Positions 8,873 to 19,059 of a DNA stretch of 64,000 nucleotides are shown here, in pieces. This stretch comes from a virus (lineage: Duplodnaviria; Caudoviricetes). The stretch lies in IMG/VR virus record IMGVR_UViG_3300031673_000001; one strand, given 5' to 3'. The translations under genes were made by a program, and so were the position numbers. Within the stretch, counting starts at the first letter, position 1, and each line of letters opens with the position of its first letter. The notes under the pieces are model-generated. The model was given only the letters and a program-made list of their open reading frames with translations. It did not search any database and was not told the origin of the DNA.

Positions 8873-9873
8873 TCTGGAATCTGTTCTAATCTAGTATCAA
8901 ATATATTTGCTTTTTTATCAGATCTGATTCTCTTAAAAGATGGATGTGAAAAGGTAATGGATTGTTTATATCCAATTTTTTCATATTTTTTATTTTTAAA
9001 TCTATATGTTGGAGTATCAGTAAATCTAAATCTAAAAAATTTCATCTCAATAACCAATAACGGTTTGATAAAAACTTCTCCACCTTCTCTATATAATTCA
9101 TTATCAATTATAAATTTATACATTGAAGATCTACTCTGATCTGTAAAACCGGTTCCTACCTTTGAACTCGATCTAATCAAATCATTCTTATCAATAAAAC
9201 CTGTTAATAAATATGAAACTTGACTCTTTTCCCAAGCAGGTAATTTTTCTCTACCTGCACCTATGACTAATAAATCAACAGTATTGGAAAATTTAATCTT
9301 ATAATTTTTACCTTTTAGATCTCGAGCTACTATGCCATCAAATCCCTCTTTTGAACTTGCTTCGCTGTATAATTCCCTAAATTTTTCTATTCCTCCAATA
9401 GCTATTTTTGGATTTGAAATATGTTTAGATTTAAATCTATTTTTAATCAATGGAAGTATCTGTCTGAAATTCAAACTTTTATTATCTATAGAATAAACAT
9501 CCAATGGATAATGATAAATTAAATCTTTATTCTCCGGTTTGTGATATGTTTTAACAATACTCATGGTTTCATTGAATGGAAGAATTTCTTTATTTTTCTT
9601 TGCAACCAGTTCCCCTGGAATTTTAGCTTCCTTAATCCCAAGATCTTGTAGAATTTTCATATACTCATCAACCAAAGGAATCTCATTAATTATTCCACCC
9701 CAAGATGTTTGAAAGAATCCACTATTACCATCATAGATAAACATCCCCAACATTCCATCAACCTTTTCCATATATATTACATTCGATTCTGAAGGGAAGT
9801 CAGTAACAAAATCATCATATGAATATTGTATCAACTTCGTTTTCTTTTTCCATTCATACGCATAATTTATCAT
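8860..9873 (-). CDS. ATP-dependent DNA ligase (LigD/LigC-type ligase plus OB domain)
   Basis: EKVDG motif I, FDGIVAR, YKIK, KVGTGFT, HPSFKRIRSDK. Confidence 0.85.
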   Translation of the reverse strand: MINYAYEWKKKTKLIQYSYDDFVTDFPSESNVIYMEKVDGMLGMFIYDGNSGFFQTSWGGIINEIPLVDEYMKILQDLGIKEAKIPGELVAKKNKEILPFNETMSIVKTYHKPENKDLIYHYPLDVYSIDNKSLNFRQILPLIKNRFKSKHISNPKIAIGGIEKFRELYSEASSKEGFDGIVARDLKGKNYKIKFSNTVDLLVIGAGREKLPAWEKSQVSYLLTGFIDKNDLIRSSSKVGTGFTDQSRSSMYKFIIDNELYREGGEVFIKPLLVIEMKFFRFRFTDTPTYRFKNKKYEKIGYKQSITFSHPSFKRIRSDKKANIFDTRLEQIPDWRY

Positions 9874-10571
9874 TATGATATCCTTGCTTTATTTTGATTA
9901 AATTTAAACAGGTCATTATAAGATACCTCCATGCATTTCAATCCAACAAGAGATAATGAATGTAATGTTATATAATTACCTCGAAATTTGTTAGGAGCTA
10001 AATCTATATTTGGAACACCTGCTTTTCGTTTTCCAGATATAGTATATATTTTAGCTAATTCAGATTGTTGTAAAAATTTTTGAAGTAGAAAACGAATTGA
10101 ATCAATTTTCATCTTTCTATTAAAATAGCATATTATATGAAATGAGGTCTTCCCTGTAAATCTTATTTGAGCTTTTCTGACAATTGGCATCTTATCCATT
10201 GCAAATTCATATACATCATTAGTAGCTTTCTGCGCCCATTTGAATCCATCATAATCGGTAACATCAATATCAATAATACCAAAATCTTCATAATTTCCCA
10301 TTGATGAATATATAGTTACTGTTCTACCAGTAATAACTTCATCATAATTTTGTGGAGTTAATCTTATCCAATCTTGACCTTTAGCATGTCTTCGCAATAC
10401 TGTCTTATTCAAATCTACCATAAGTCCAAACATAAGATCCCTAGATTTTGTTTCATTTAAAATTTCACGTTTGACTTTTTGATAATACGTCCAGATATCT
10501 ATCTCTCTCAGACCTTTAGGATAATATGAATTTTTTAAAACTATAGTTTCTGGATTTTTTGGATATGCCAT
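9873..10571 (-). CDS. LigD-type AEP primase-polymerase domain, stand-alone
   Basis: IIDID, FTGKTSFH, IDLAPN...NYITLHSL; start/stop overlap with the ligase. Confidence 0.75.
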   Translation of the reverse strand: MAYPKNPETIVLKNSYYPKGLREIDIWTYYQKVKREILNETKSRDLMFGLMVDLNKTVLRRHAKGQDWIRLTPQNYDEVITGRTVTIYSSMGNYEDFGIIDIDVTDYDGFKWAQKATNDVYEFAMDKMPIVRKAQIRFTGKTSFHIICYFNRKMKIDSIRFLLQKFLQQSELAKIYTISGKRKAGVPNIDLAPNKFRGNYITLHSLSLVGLKCMEVSYNDLFKFNQNKARIS

Positions 10572-10609
10572 TTATTACTCCTTTTTATCTCCTATATATA
10601 TATGTTCTA

Positions 10610-10631
10610 ACTATATATATAAATAACTGAA
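10610..10631 (+). promoter_or_regulatory. 22-nt promoter-like motif ACTATATATATAAATAACTGAA
   Basis: Third copy, upstream of ORF 10669. Confidence 0.65.
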
Positions 10632-10668
10632 CAGAGAACGCTTACACTAAATTTTAAGGAGATGCAAA

Positions 10669-10890
10669 ATGAATACATTAGAACAACAAGAACTTCTAAA
10701 AGAACTTCTAAAAGATCTGAAAAAAGAACAAATGTTTCTAGAAGCTAAAAGAAGAAATCCGGGAAAACAAATTACACCCTGCGGAAACCGAAAAACAATA
10801 CTTCAAAGCTTTGATGAGTTTGGAGGACAACTTGGCTTATGGTATAATGTAGGCAAAGACACTAAATTAGTGCCAGAGAACGATGTATGA
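10669..10890 (+). CDS. Hypothetical protein
   Basis: AAGGAG RBS; own promoter motif and terminator. Confidence 0.7.
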   Translation: MNTLEQQELLKELLKDLKKEQMFLEAKRRNPGKQITPCGNRKTILQSFDEFGGQLGLWYNVGKDTKLVPENDV

Positions 10891-10916
10891 TTTTATATCG
10901 TCTTCTGATTTAACTC

Positions 10917-10952
10917 AAAAAAGGGGTCAATAAAGTTTCAACCCCTTTTTTT
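10917..10952. terminator. Bidirectional intrinsic terminator
   Basis: AAAAAAGGGGT...ACCCCTTTTTTT between convergent genes. Confidence 0.7.
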
Positions 10953-11261
10953 CTAAAAATTTAAACAAAAAGCATCAACATTATAAACATGAACTATCTC
11001 AATACGAACTCTATCACCCTTTGAAAAAGGATGGAGCAATTTTAAATTACTTAAAATTTCAACTATATAACCACAACTACAAACTTCAATAACTCGACCC
11101 CAAATTCTCTCATAACCTTGATTAAATTCAATACAGTAACCAACTTCAACATCTGATAATTTTTGTATAGGATTAGGTGACTCATTACAACTATATTCTC
11201 TTGATAATGCCCAAGCATCAACACAGTCATTACATTTATAATCATATACACTACAACCCAT
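10953..11261 (-). CDS. Cys-rich hypothetical protein
   Basis: ORF track; last gene of the long minus-strand operon. Confidence 0.55.
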   Translation of the reverse strand: MGCSVYDYKCNDCVDAWALSREYSCNESPNPIQKLSDVEVGYCIEFNQGYERIWGRVIEVCSCGYIVEILSNLKLLHPFSKGDRVRIEIVHVYNVDAFCLNF

Positions 11262-11291
11262 AATCTATTTCCCCCAAAGATTATTATTTTT

Positions 11292-12365
11292 TTAAAATCT
11301 ATATTTCTTAATTATCTCTGCCATTCTTTCTGATGCTTTGCCATCATTTAACCTTTTTAATTCTTCAGGAAAATCTGTATGTTTACGTTCATCATTATTC
11401 ATAGGATATATTGCTGCTTTATATATCTTATCTCTATCTGGTTCAACCAACTTATTAGTTCCATACTTAATCGTATATTCAATATTAGTTGTATCTCTAA
11501 TTGAAATACATGGTATATCTAAAACTGAAGTTTCTTGCTGTATGCCATCTGAATCTGTAATTACAACACAAGAATGAATCATATATTTCAAGAAATCAAA
11601 GTATCCCATACCATCACTACAATCAACCATATTTAAATATTTCCACAATTTAAATTCATCAATCATTTTTTTGGTTCGAGGATGGATTGAAAATACAACA
11701 TGATATGATACTGATAACTGATATAATGCAATAATAATTTCTTTTAAATTATTCTCATTATCAACATTAGCTGGTCTATGAACTTCAACCAAAATGTGTT
11801 TTTCATTAGTTGGTGGTTCTTTTAACATCCTTGAGTAATGTAATAGATTATCAATCATTACATCGCCCACTAAATGTATTTTAGATATATCAATACCCTC
11901 ACTAAAAAGATTCAATTTATCTTTAGGAGATATAGGAAATAAATAATCAGATATATGATCGGTGACAATTCGATTTATTTCCTCTGGCATTTTCATATCA
12001 CCTGATCTCATACCAGCTTCTTGATGAGCAACAGGTATATGCATTTTAGAAGCTACAAGTGCAGCTGCCATAGTAGAATTAACATCTCCAACGACACAGA
12101 CTAAACTGGGCACAGAATCAAAACAAAATCTTTCAAATCGTTCCATTATTTTTCCAGTTTGTTCTCCATGAGGACCTGAACCAACTTCTAAATGAACTAA
12201 AGGATCTTTTAAATCAAACTCTTCAAAAAATACTTTACTCATATTATATTCATAATGCTGCCCTGTATGGATAATTTCATATAAAAGATCATACTTTTCA
12301 AATGCTCTTGAGATTGCTGCAATCTTAATAAAATTTGGTCGTGTTCCACCAACTAAATAAATCAT
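11292..12365 (-). CDS. wecB: UDP-N-acetylglucosamine 2-epimerase, non-hydrolysing (WecB/WbpI family)
   Basis: GGTRPNFIK, IHTGQHY, VVGDVNST, AHQEAGMRS, MPEEINR, TDSDGIQQE. Confidence 0.93.
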   Translation of the reverse strand: MIYLVGGTRPNFIKIAAISRAFEKYDLLYEIIHTGQHYEYNMSKVFFEEFDLKDPLVHLEVGSGPHGEQTGKIMERFERFCFDSVPSLVCVVGDVNSTMAAALVASKMHIPVAHQEAGMRSGDMKMPEEINRIVTDHISDYLFPISPKDKLNLFSEGIDISKIHLVGDVMIDNLLHYSRMLKEPPTNEKHILVEVHRPANVDNENNLKEIIIALYQLSVSYHVVFSIHPRTKKMIDEFKLWKYLNMVDCSDGMGYFDFLKYMIHSCVVITDSDGIQQETSVLDIPCISIRDTTNIEYTIKYGTNKLVEPDRDKIYKAAIYPMNNDERKHTDFPEELKRLNDGKASERMAEIIKKYRF

Positions 12366-13222
12366 GATCTCTCCCTTATTTCTTGAACTAATCTTATAGA
12401 TTTTCTTGAATCTTCAATACCAAATCCGTAACCTTTTAAGATATTTATATATGATTCTATATGAAGTTCAGAAAATACATTATCAAATTCTATCTTCTCA
12501 CGATCAACAATCATTCTTCGATAAAATTTTTGAGTTTTAATTGGAAGATCATTTCTATCAATAGATAAATACCAAATAACATTTGCTCTTTCTAATTGTA
12601 AACATCCAACAGATTTCTTTTCATCCCGACTTGTAATTTCAAATTTTTCAGCATCTCCAAATAACCATATCAATATATCGAAAAAATGAATCCCAATGTT
12701 TGTTTCAATCCCTCCAGATTCTCTTTCCCTTCCTTTCCAACTTTGAAAATACCATTGTCCTCTTGGTGTAATATATTTTAAATCAACAAGATATTTTTTA
12801 TTTGAATCAATCTTACTTTTAAGTTCCTTAACATTTGGATGTAGTCTTAACTGTAAAATTGAATATACTTTTTTATTAGTTTGTTTTTCAACTATTTCGA
12901 GTTGGTCAAGATTATCAACTGTCGTTGCTAAAGGTTTTTCACATATAACATTTGCTCCCAATCTCATTCCTAATTTACAATGGGATTCGTGTAAATAATT
13001 AGGAGAACATACAACCATATAATCCAATTGTTCATTCTTTGTGATATGTCTATCAAATGGTTCTTGTTGTGTAAAAAATTTACAGTCTGGAAAATACTTA
13101 TCAAGAATACCAACTGAATCATTTGGGTCAAGAGCAACAACCAATTCATTACCTGTATTTTTAATCGCTTCCATATGTCTTGGAGCAATATATCCACCTG
13201 CTCCGATTAATCCAAATTTCAT
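12362..13222 (-). CDS. wbpB: Gfo/Idh/MocA oxidoreductase, WbpB/WlbA-like UDP-GlcNAcA 3-dehydrogenase
   Basis: FGLIGAGGYIAPRH..AI, DPNDSVGI, CSPNYLH, ICEKPL, TNIGIHFFD. Confidence 0.85.
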   Translation of the reverse strand: MKFGLIGAGGYIAPRHMEAIKNTGNELVVALDPNDSVGILDKYFPDCKFFTQQEPFDRHITKNEQLDYMVVCSPNYLHESHCKLGMRLGANVICEKPLATTVDNLDQLEIVEKQTNKKVYSILQLRLHPNVKELKSKIDSNKKYLVDLKYITPRGQWYFQSWKGRERESGGIETNIGIHFFDILIWLFGDAEKFEITSRDEKKSVGCLQLERANVIWYLSIDRNDLPIKTQKFYRRMIVDREKIEFDNVFSELHIESYINILKGYGFGIEDSRKSIRLVQEIRERS

Positions 13223-13701
13223 AGTATTTCATCCTTTTCAACTTCCTTTATATACCTAGCGGGAACACCAATATATACTCCTTTTGGATTAGTGTTTTTT
13301 GTAACAACTGATCCTGCTCCAATCAAACAATTTTCTCCAATTATAACACCAGGTAACAATGTTACACCAACCCCAATTCTTGCTGCATAACAAATTCTAG
13401 GTGGAGTATTTATATCCTTGTATGGTCTCAAATAAGCAATCTTTCTTGTATTTGAGGTCATACACCCCATTCCAATAAATACTTTATCTTCTATGACAGT
13501 GCTTTTACATATATCAGAAAATGGTCTAATTAAAACATAATTTCCTATTCTTACATCTTCACCTATGTAACAATGAGATCTTATCTGTGTATTATCTCCT
13601 ATTGTAGCTCCTTTTCTTATAAGAGTAAAGTGACCAACATAACAATTTTTTCCCATAATCACATCAGATTCAACAACTGCAGTTGATTCAATTTTATTCA
13701 T
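13219..13701 (-). CDS. Hexapeptide-repeat N-acetyltransferase (WbpD-like)
   Basis: Left-handed beta-helix repeats; IGAGSVVTK...GVPAR. Confidence 0.85.
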   Translation of the reverse strand: MNKIESTAVVESDVIMGKNCYVGHFTLIRKGATIGDNTQIRSHCYIGEDVRIGNYVLIRPFSDICKSTVIEDKVFIGMGCMTSNTRKIAYLRPYKDINTPPRICYAARIGVGVTLLPGVIIGENCLIGAGSVVTKNTNPKGVYIGVPARYIKEVEKDEIL

Positions 13702-13702
13702 A

Positions 13703-14935
13703 CTATTTCCTTTTATAACTCTTAAAAAAAGATTTTTTATTCCTATGCATTTTAAGAATAGATTGTTTATGATAAGATAAAACTGATTTGCTTTTATCTA
13801 TCAAATCATTCTCAACACAATAGTTATATAACTTCGTGCCAGGAAATGGATAGAACCATGTTACTTGAACAAAATCCGGTTCAATTTCTTTATTAAAATC
13901 AGAAGTTATTTTTGTTAATTGATCATCATTATCAAATGGCCACCCTATCATATTGAATGAGATAGTATCTATATTAGCTTTTTTCAACAATTTAAAAGAT
14001 TTTCTTATTTGATCATTAGACATAAATCTATTAAGATATTTTCGTCTAAATTTCTCATCACCACATTCTATTCCCATTGCTACGACTTTACAACCAGTTC
14101 TTTTAAGAAGATCTACCATTTCTTCATTGATACATTCAACTCTACTCATGCATCCATATGGAATATTTAATTCTCTTTTCAATGATGTAAACAAATCTCT
14201 AACATAATTCATATTAGACAACACCGTATCATCACCAAAATGAAATCTTTTGAACTTATAATCATTTCTTAAATCTCCAAGTTCATCAATAACATCTTTT
14301 ACAGGTCGATATCTAACATAATCTTTACCATACATCTTTAAAAAAGTTGAGTTACAGCAGTAAGTGCATGAATATGGACATCCCCTTGTAGCTGTTACAT
14401 TCAAACTACCATTTGGATTAACAACTCTTTTGAATAATTTCCATGGAAATCTCGGAATCTTTGATAAATCCTCTGGTGGTCGTATAGGATTAGAATAAAC
14501 TTTTCCATCCTTCATATAAGCTAAATTCTCTATTTCAAATAGACTATCTTTACCATAATTATCTAAAAAATCTTTAATAAAACTTTCGCCCTCTCCTATA
14601 CACAAATAATCAATGTTTCTATTATCTTTTAAAAGTTCAGGACCAGCTACAGTAGGATGAACCCCACCCATCAAAACAGGAATATTTTTAGCATCTTTGA
14701 TATTTTTTATTAAAATACAAGCATCCAAGTATAATGTAGTAGTAGTAGATATCATAACAATGTCAACATTTTCTTTAACTAATATTTCAGGAAGTTTAGT
14801 GTATTTAGAATCCGTAGAGGGATTCATCATACAATAAAACAATAACTCATGTTCTCGTGGTATAGATGCAGCTACATAACCTGCTCCTCTGACTGGGGCA
14901 CCTTTTGGATCCATTGATACAAAAGCTATTTTCAT
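13703..14935 (-). CDS. Cobalamin-binding radical SAM protein
   Basis: N-terminal B12 domain (MGGVHPT, IGEGE); TRGCPYSCTYC; GIECG. Confidence 0.9.
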   Translation of the reverse strand: MKIAFVSMDPKGAPVRGAGYVAASIPREHELLFYCMMNPSTDSKYTKLPEILVKENVDIVMISTTTTLYLDACILIKNIKDAKNIPVLMGGVHPTVAGPELLKDNRNIDYLCIGEGESFIKDFLDNYGKDSLFEIENLAYMKDGKVYSNPIRPPEDLSKIPRFPWKLFKRVVNPNGSLNVTATRGCPYSCTYCCNSTFLKMYGKDYVRYRPVKDVIDELGDLRNDYKFKRFHFGDDTVLSNMNYVRDLFTSLKRELNIPYGCMSRVECINEEMVDLLKRTGCKVVAMGIECGDEKFRRKYLNRFMSNDQIRKSFKLLKKANIDTISFNMIGWPFDNDDQLTKITSDFNKEIEPDFVQVTWFYPFPGTKLYNYCVENDLIDKSKSVLSYHKQSILKMHRNKKSFFKSYKRK

Positions 14936-14938
14936 ATT

Positions 14939-15496
14939 TTAAACTCCTTTCATTTCTACTACAAACACTCTTTCCTCTTTTTTTCCTTGTTTATTAAAAT
15001 CCTCAAGTTTTAAAACATTACCAAATTTACAAAGTTCTTCTTCTATCCAAATAGATCTGTGTGGACCAAATTTATTTTTGTATTTTCCATATTTTTGTTG
15101 ACTTGGATACATTGGTAAAGAAATAATAGCTTGTTTACAATGCTCTTTTATATCTTGTAATAACGTCATTCCTTGTTTCTTTTCTAAATGTTCTAACATA
15201 TCTACAGATAAAATTAAATCATATAGATCCAACGTTTTAATAATTTTTGTGGCATCTCCTATATAAATATTATCATAGATAATTTTTTGCAACTTGGTTA
15301 TATATTTTTCAAATGCTTCTATACCATCTATTTTAGTCTTCCATTCAAAATGATTTCCATAATGAATATCAGTATATTCACGAGATAGAAAACCATACTT
15401 ACCAAAACCTATTCCTATATCTAATACAGATTTAGGTTTAAATTCTATTATTTTACTACAAATATATGTAAGAGCAGCTGGAGTAGAAGTGCCCAT
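14939..15496 (-). CDS. Class I SAM-dependent methyltransferase
   Basis: VLDIGIGFGKYG, DGIE, DMLEHL. Confidence 0.85.
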   Translation of the reverse strand: MGTSTPAALTYICSKIIEFKPKSVLDIGIGFGKYGFLSREYTDIHYGNHFEWKTKIDGIEAFEKYITKLQKIIYDNIYIGDATKIIKTLDLYDLILSVDMLEHLEKKQGMTLLQDIKEHCKQAIISLPMYPSQQKYGKYKNKFGPHRSIWIEEELCKFGNVLKLEDFNKQGKKEERVFVVEMKGV

Positions 15497-16431
15497 TATA
15501 TTATTTCCTCATATGTTTTTTTAAGTCGCAAACCAATACTTTCCAAACTATGATAATTCTCAACCCACTTTCGAGTTTTATATTTTAGTTTAAGTAATTC
15601 ATCTTTTGATTTTGATAATAATTTTATAAGAATACTTTCCATATCCTTTTCTGAATTAGCTATTTGAAGATAACATTTTCCATATTGTTTCTTATATTCA
15701 GATTCTCCTAAAAAATTAGTTAAAACAACTTTGCCCAATGCAGCAGCTTCAAGAGCAGTCATTCCCCAAACTCCAGTTTTGGACCATTTTTTATTTCTTT
15801 TACCTTTAGTTTTTAAACTCATTCTCTCAACATATATATCAACTGCAGACATCCGCTCAATCTGTTCTCTCCAACAAACTTTTTTATAACTATATCTATA
15901 CTCAAAATCAGAAACTTTATTTCTAATATTTTCTATTATTTTTATAATGTTATCTGATCCCTTTGTTATTCTACTTGATGGAAAGTGGGCCACTATTATC
16001 TTTTTACCTTTTGTTTCATAAATAGGTTTTATTGATTTTGTATCTATTGGAGGTAAAATCCATTTTTCATTTTTAGCGCCAAGTCCAAATAGATCATATG
16101 TTTGTATTAATGAACAATCAACTATAGGATTAAATATTTTACATATCCTTTCATGACCTTCTCTGAATTTTCCACCCCCATGAAAAACTACTATTTTCTT
16201 TCCTACCAAATTGATACCAAATTCTAATTTCTCACTATGCATAAATTGTATAATATCACATTCGATAGAAAACCTTTTAGCTTCATTAACACCTATTGAA
16301 GTGCATGGATGTTTATAATTGCCCAATTTAGAAACGTAAAATTTAGCATCAACTCCAACAGACAAAAGACTTTGTGTTAAAAGATTACCAACTCCTGACC
16401 AATCATTTTTAGCAAGTAATAAAATCTTCAT
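15496..16431 (-). CDS. Glycosyltransferase (GT-B, GT4-like)
   Basis: HFPSSRITKG; GMTALEAAALGKVV. Confidence 0.75.
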   Translation of the reverse strand: MKILLLAKNDWSGVGNLLTQSLLSVGVDAKFYVSKLGNYKHPCTSIGVNEAKRFSIECDIIQFMHSEKLEFGINLVGKKIVVFHGGGKFREGHERICKIFNPIVDCSLIQTYDLFGLGAKNEKWILPPIDTKSIKPIYETKGKKIIVAHFPSSRITKGSDNIIKIIENIRNKVSDFEYRYSYKKVCWREQIERMSAVDIYVERMSLKTKGKRNKKWSKTGVWGMTALEAAALGKVVLTNFLGESEYKKQYGKCYLQIANSEKDMESILIKLLSKSKDELLKLKYKTRKWVENYHSLESIGLRLKKTYEEII

Positions 16432-17342
16432 TATATACTCAATTTTTCAGTAAACTGTTTAACTCTTATAATATTATTATGATTATTTCTCACAAACTCC
16501 ATTCCTTGTATAGCAATTTTTTCACGTTCCTTTTTATTATTTAAATAATATTTTATTTTATCTTTTAAGGCATTTAAATCTTTATAAATAACTAAATGCT
16601 TTCCATCTTCAAATCCTAATCTATCCATATCAGCAGGTTTATCACATAATACAAATGAACCACAACTTGTAAACTCTGTAAATTTCATATTAGGAGAGTT
16701 AAAAACATTATTACTAATTATACAAATTTTACTTTGATTGATACAAGTTATATACTGTTGGTGAACAACCTTTTTCATAACAGCTTTTAGTTTTAATTTA
16801 CCAACTAACTTATTTACTTTTACTCTATTTGGATAAACATCATTCCTTTTAGTTGAAGATGTTAAAACATCATATATTTTTTTAATATTTAATTTCTTAT
16901 AAATATTAGTATCAACTGAAAATGGAAACCAAAAAGTTGGACCAGTAAATCCAATCTCTTTTAAATACTCTGCCTGGCATCCTTGTCGATAAAATAAAAT
17001 ATCATAGTTATTTCTTTCTAAAAATTGTTTATATCTAGTATGCATTCCTCCTCTATATCCTCCAGAGTGGGGAGGAAAAAGATCAACAACAATATGAACT
17101 TTTTTAATTTTTATATCACCAACATTCTTAAATGGCAAAGTATATCTCAAACCATAAGTTAATAAAAGATCAAATGGACCATACTTATCTACTATTTGTG
17201 GTGCTGTCAATTTATTATTAAAATTTGAATAACCATTACCATAATACATAACCTCATGATGTTTACCAATCTCATTTCTAAATAACTGATGCCCCCAATT
17301 ATATCTACCAATTTGATTAGGACTTAATAAGAGTATTTTCAT
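16431..17342 (-). CDS. CgeB-like glycosyltransferase
   Basis: PFSVD, MKFTEFTSCGSFVL, IA..G.EFV..NH. Confidence 0.8.
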   Translation of the reverse strand: MKILLLSPNQIGRYNWGHQLFRNEIGKHHEVMYYGNGYSNFNNKLTAPQIVDKYGPFDLLLTYGLRYTLPFKNVGDIKIKKVHIVVDLFPPHSGGYRGGMHTRYKQFLERNNYDILFYRQGCQAEYLKEIGFTGPTFWFPFSVDTNIYKKLNIKKIYDVLTSSTKRNDVYPNRVKVNKLVGKLKLKAVMKKVVHQQYITCINQSKICIISNNVFNSPNMKFTEFTSCGSFVLCDKPADMDRLGFEDGKHLVIYKDLNALKDKIKYYLNNKKEREKIAIQGMEFVRNNHNNIIRVKQFTEKLSI

Positions 17343-17887
17343 TTCTTAATACAACATAACCATAAAAAATTTTCTAGTATATTTTCATACACGACTCTTA
17401 ATTTATATTCTTCAATATATTCACTTACTTCATAAAAAGTTATTCTTCCACTTGATTTTTCATCTTTGTGTTTATAATAATCATGACTCATCAGACAATC
17501 ATCTTTCTTTAACAATGGGGCAAATCTTTTAAATTGCGGCAATTTTAAAGCACCATCATTTAATATTAAAACTCTACTAAATGATTCTAATAACCTTTCA
17601 ATCATATTATTTTCATTAATATCTTCACAATAAAAACAACCATCTAATTTATTTAATCTACTTTTAACTTTTTCACTAATATCTTTTATATCAAATGTTA
17701 TAAATGTTGCAGACATTTCTTTAGATTTTTTAGCTAAATAAATAGAAAAATTTCCAGAACCAGTGCCAATTTCAATAATAGTTTTAAATTTTTCTTTGGC
17801 AAAAAATGAATCAAAAACATCCAAAACTCCCTTCTTTTGTTTCATTCCTTTTTCACGTTCTCTTAAATTTCCAACTTTAGATTTCAT
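17339..17887 (-). CDS. SAM-dependent methyltransferase-like protein
   Basis: IIEIGTGSG motif I; HDY near C-terminus. Confidence 0.65.
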   Translation of the reverse strand: MKSKVGNLREREKGMKQKKGVLDVFDSFFAKEKFKTIIEIGTGSGNFSIYLAKKSKEMSATFITFDIKDISEKVKSRLNKLDGCFYCEDINENNMIERLLESFSRVLILNDGALKLPQFKRFAPLLKKDDCLMSHDYYKHKDEKSSGRITFYEVSEYIEEYKLRVVYENILENFLWLCCIKK

Positions 17888-18506
17888 ATATCATTCTCCT
17901 AATTATTAATCCTTCTGCGTGTGCATCTATATCATCTGAAACTAAAGTTGCCCAATATGCTTCCATCTTTTGTCTACGATCTAATTTGAGTGCGCCACAT
18001 TTAATCTGTGATTCAAAACAATTAATCATTTCCATTTTCTTTTCATAATCAATAAAACTAAATAAATTAGGATAAAATTCAATAGAAGAACCACAATAAT
18101 AAAAGATTGTAGTTATATTTCTTTTTCGCCCAACTGATTGAGCTATCTTTGAACAACGTATATGATCTTGGTGTGTATCATTATGATACGGAGTATATAT
18201 AATATCCGGTTTCATTTGATCCAACTCTGAAATAATAAAAGCAGAATCATCATTTGTTGAAAACATACAAAGATCATCTTTCATCAAACCATAAACTTCC
18301 ATTGCTTTTAGTTGTTCATTGATTCTTATTTTTGGGTCTCCTGTTCGAAACTCATCTGTACTCATGATAATAACTTTTATTCTATCTCCATTTTCGTGGT
18401 GTCTTAATAATGTGCCTCCAATACCTGTCTCAACATCATCAAAATGAGCTCCAGTTGCTAATATTAGCTTAGGGTTTCTTGTGCCACAATTCATCTTCTC
18501 TAACAT
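17877..18506 (-). CDS. PIG-L/LmbE family N-deacetylase
   Basis: AHFDDVETGIGGT; DTHQDH. Confidence 0.9.
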   Translation of the reverse strand: MLEKMNCGTRNPKLILATGAHFDDVETGIGGTLLRHHENGDRIKVIIMSTDEFRTGDPKIRINEQLKAMEVYGLMKDDLCMFSTNDDSAFIISELDQMKPDIIYTPYHNDTHQDHIRCSKIAQSVGRKRNITTIFYYCGSSIEFYPNLFSFIDYEKKMEMINCFESQIKCGALKLDRRQKMEAYWATLVSDDIDAHAEGLIIRRMIYEI

Positions 18507-19047
18507 CTCTCAATCTCCTCGCTGGTATCCCTGCATATACTCCATTTGGTTCGGTATCCTTATTAACAAAAGCACATGCACCAATTATACAATTTTCAGC
18601 TATTGTAATTCCGCCCATAATAATTGAATTATCTCCAAAAAACGATCCTTCTTTTATATGTAATGCCTTTTGTGTTGCTTGTGCAGAATGATCCAGAAAA
18701 ATAGTTTTCACACCCGCTGTAAAGAAATTATTATCTTCAATAATAACATTTCTTGCAATAACTGTTCTGTATCTTAAAGTAACGTTATTTCCTATACTAC
18801 AAGCTCCAGAAGATAAAACATAACTATCAATATAGCAATCGTTTCCAATTTTTGTACCCGGTTTTAATAAAACATAATTTTGAATATCAACATTATCTCC
18901 CACCACAACATCTCTCATAATTGTATTAAAGCTTCCAACTTTAATATTTCTACCAAATATGAAATCTTGAGAAATATCATTATATTTTCCAAACATCTTT
19001 TGTTTTAGTATATTTTCCATTTCTTCATATCCTGATATACTTTTCAT
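18469..19047 (-). CDS. Hexapeptide-repeat acyltransferase
   Basis: Beta-helix repeats; IGACAFVNKD...AGIPAR. Confidence 0.85.
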   Translation of the reverse strand: MKSISGYEEMENILKQKMFGKYNDISQDFIFGRNIKVGSFNTIMRDVVVGDNVDIQNYVLLKPGTKIGNDCYIDSYVLSSGACSIGNNVTLRYRTVIARNVIIEDNNFFTAGVKTIFLDHSAQATQKALHIKEGSFFGDNSIIMGGITIAENCIIGACAFVNKDTEPNGVYAGIPARRLRDVREDELWHKKP

Positions 19048-19059
19048 TTTTCATCTCCT

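Noticed and set aside
8860-10571. Ku gene completing NHEJ
   Set aside because: No Ku-like ORF recognised in the window
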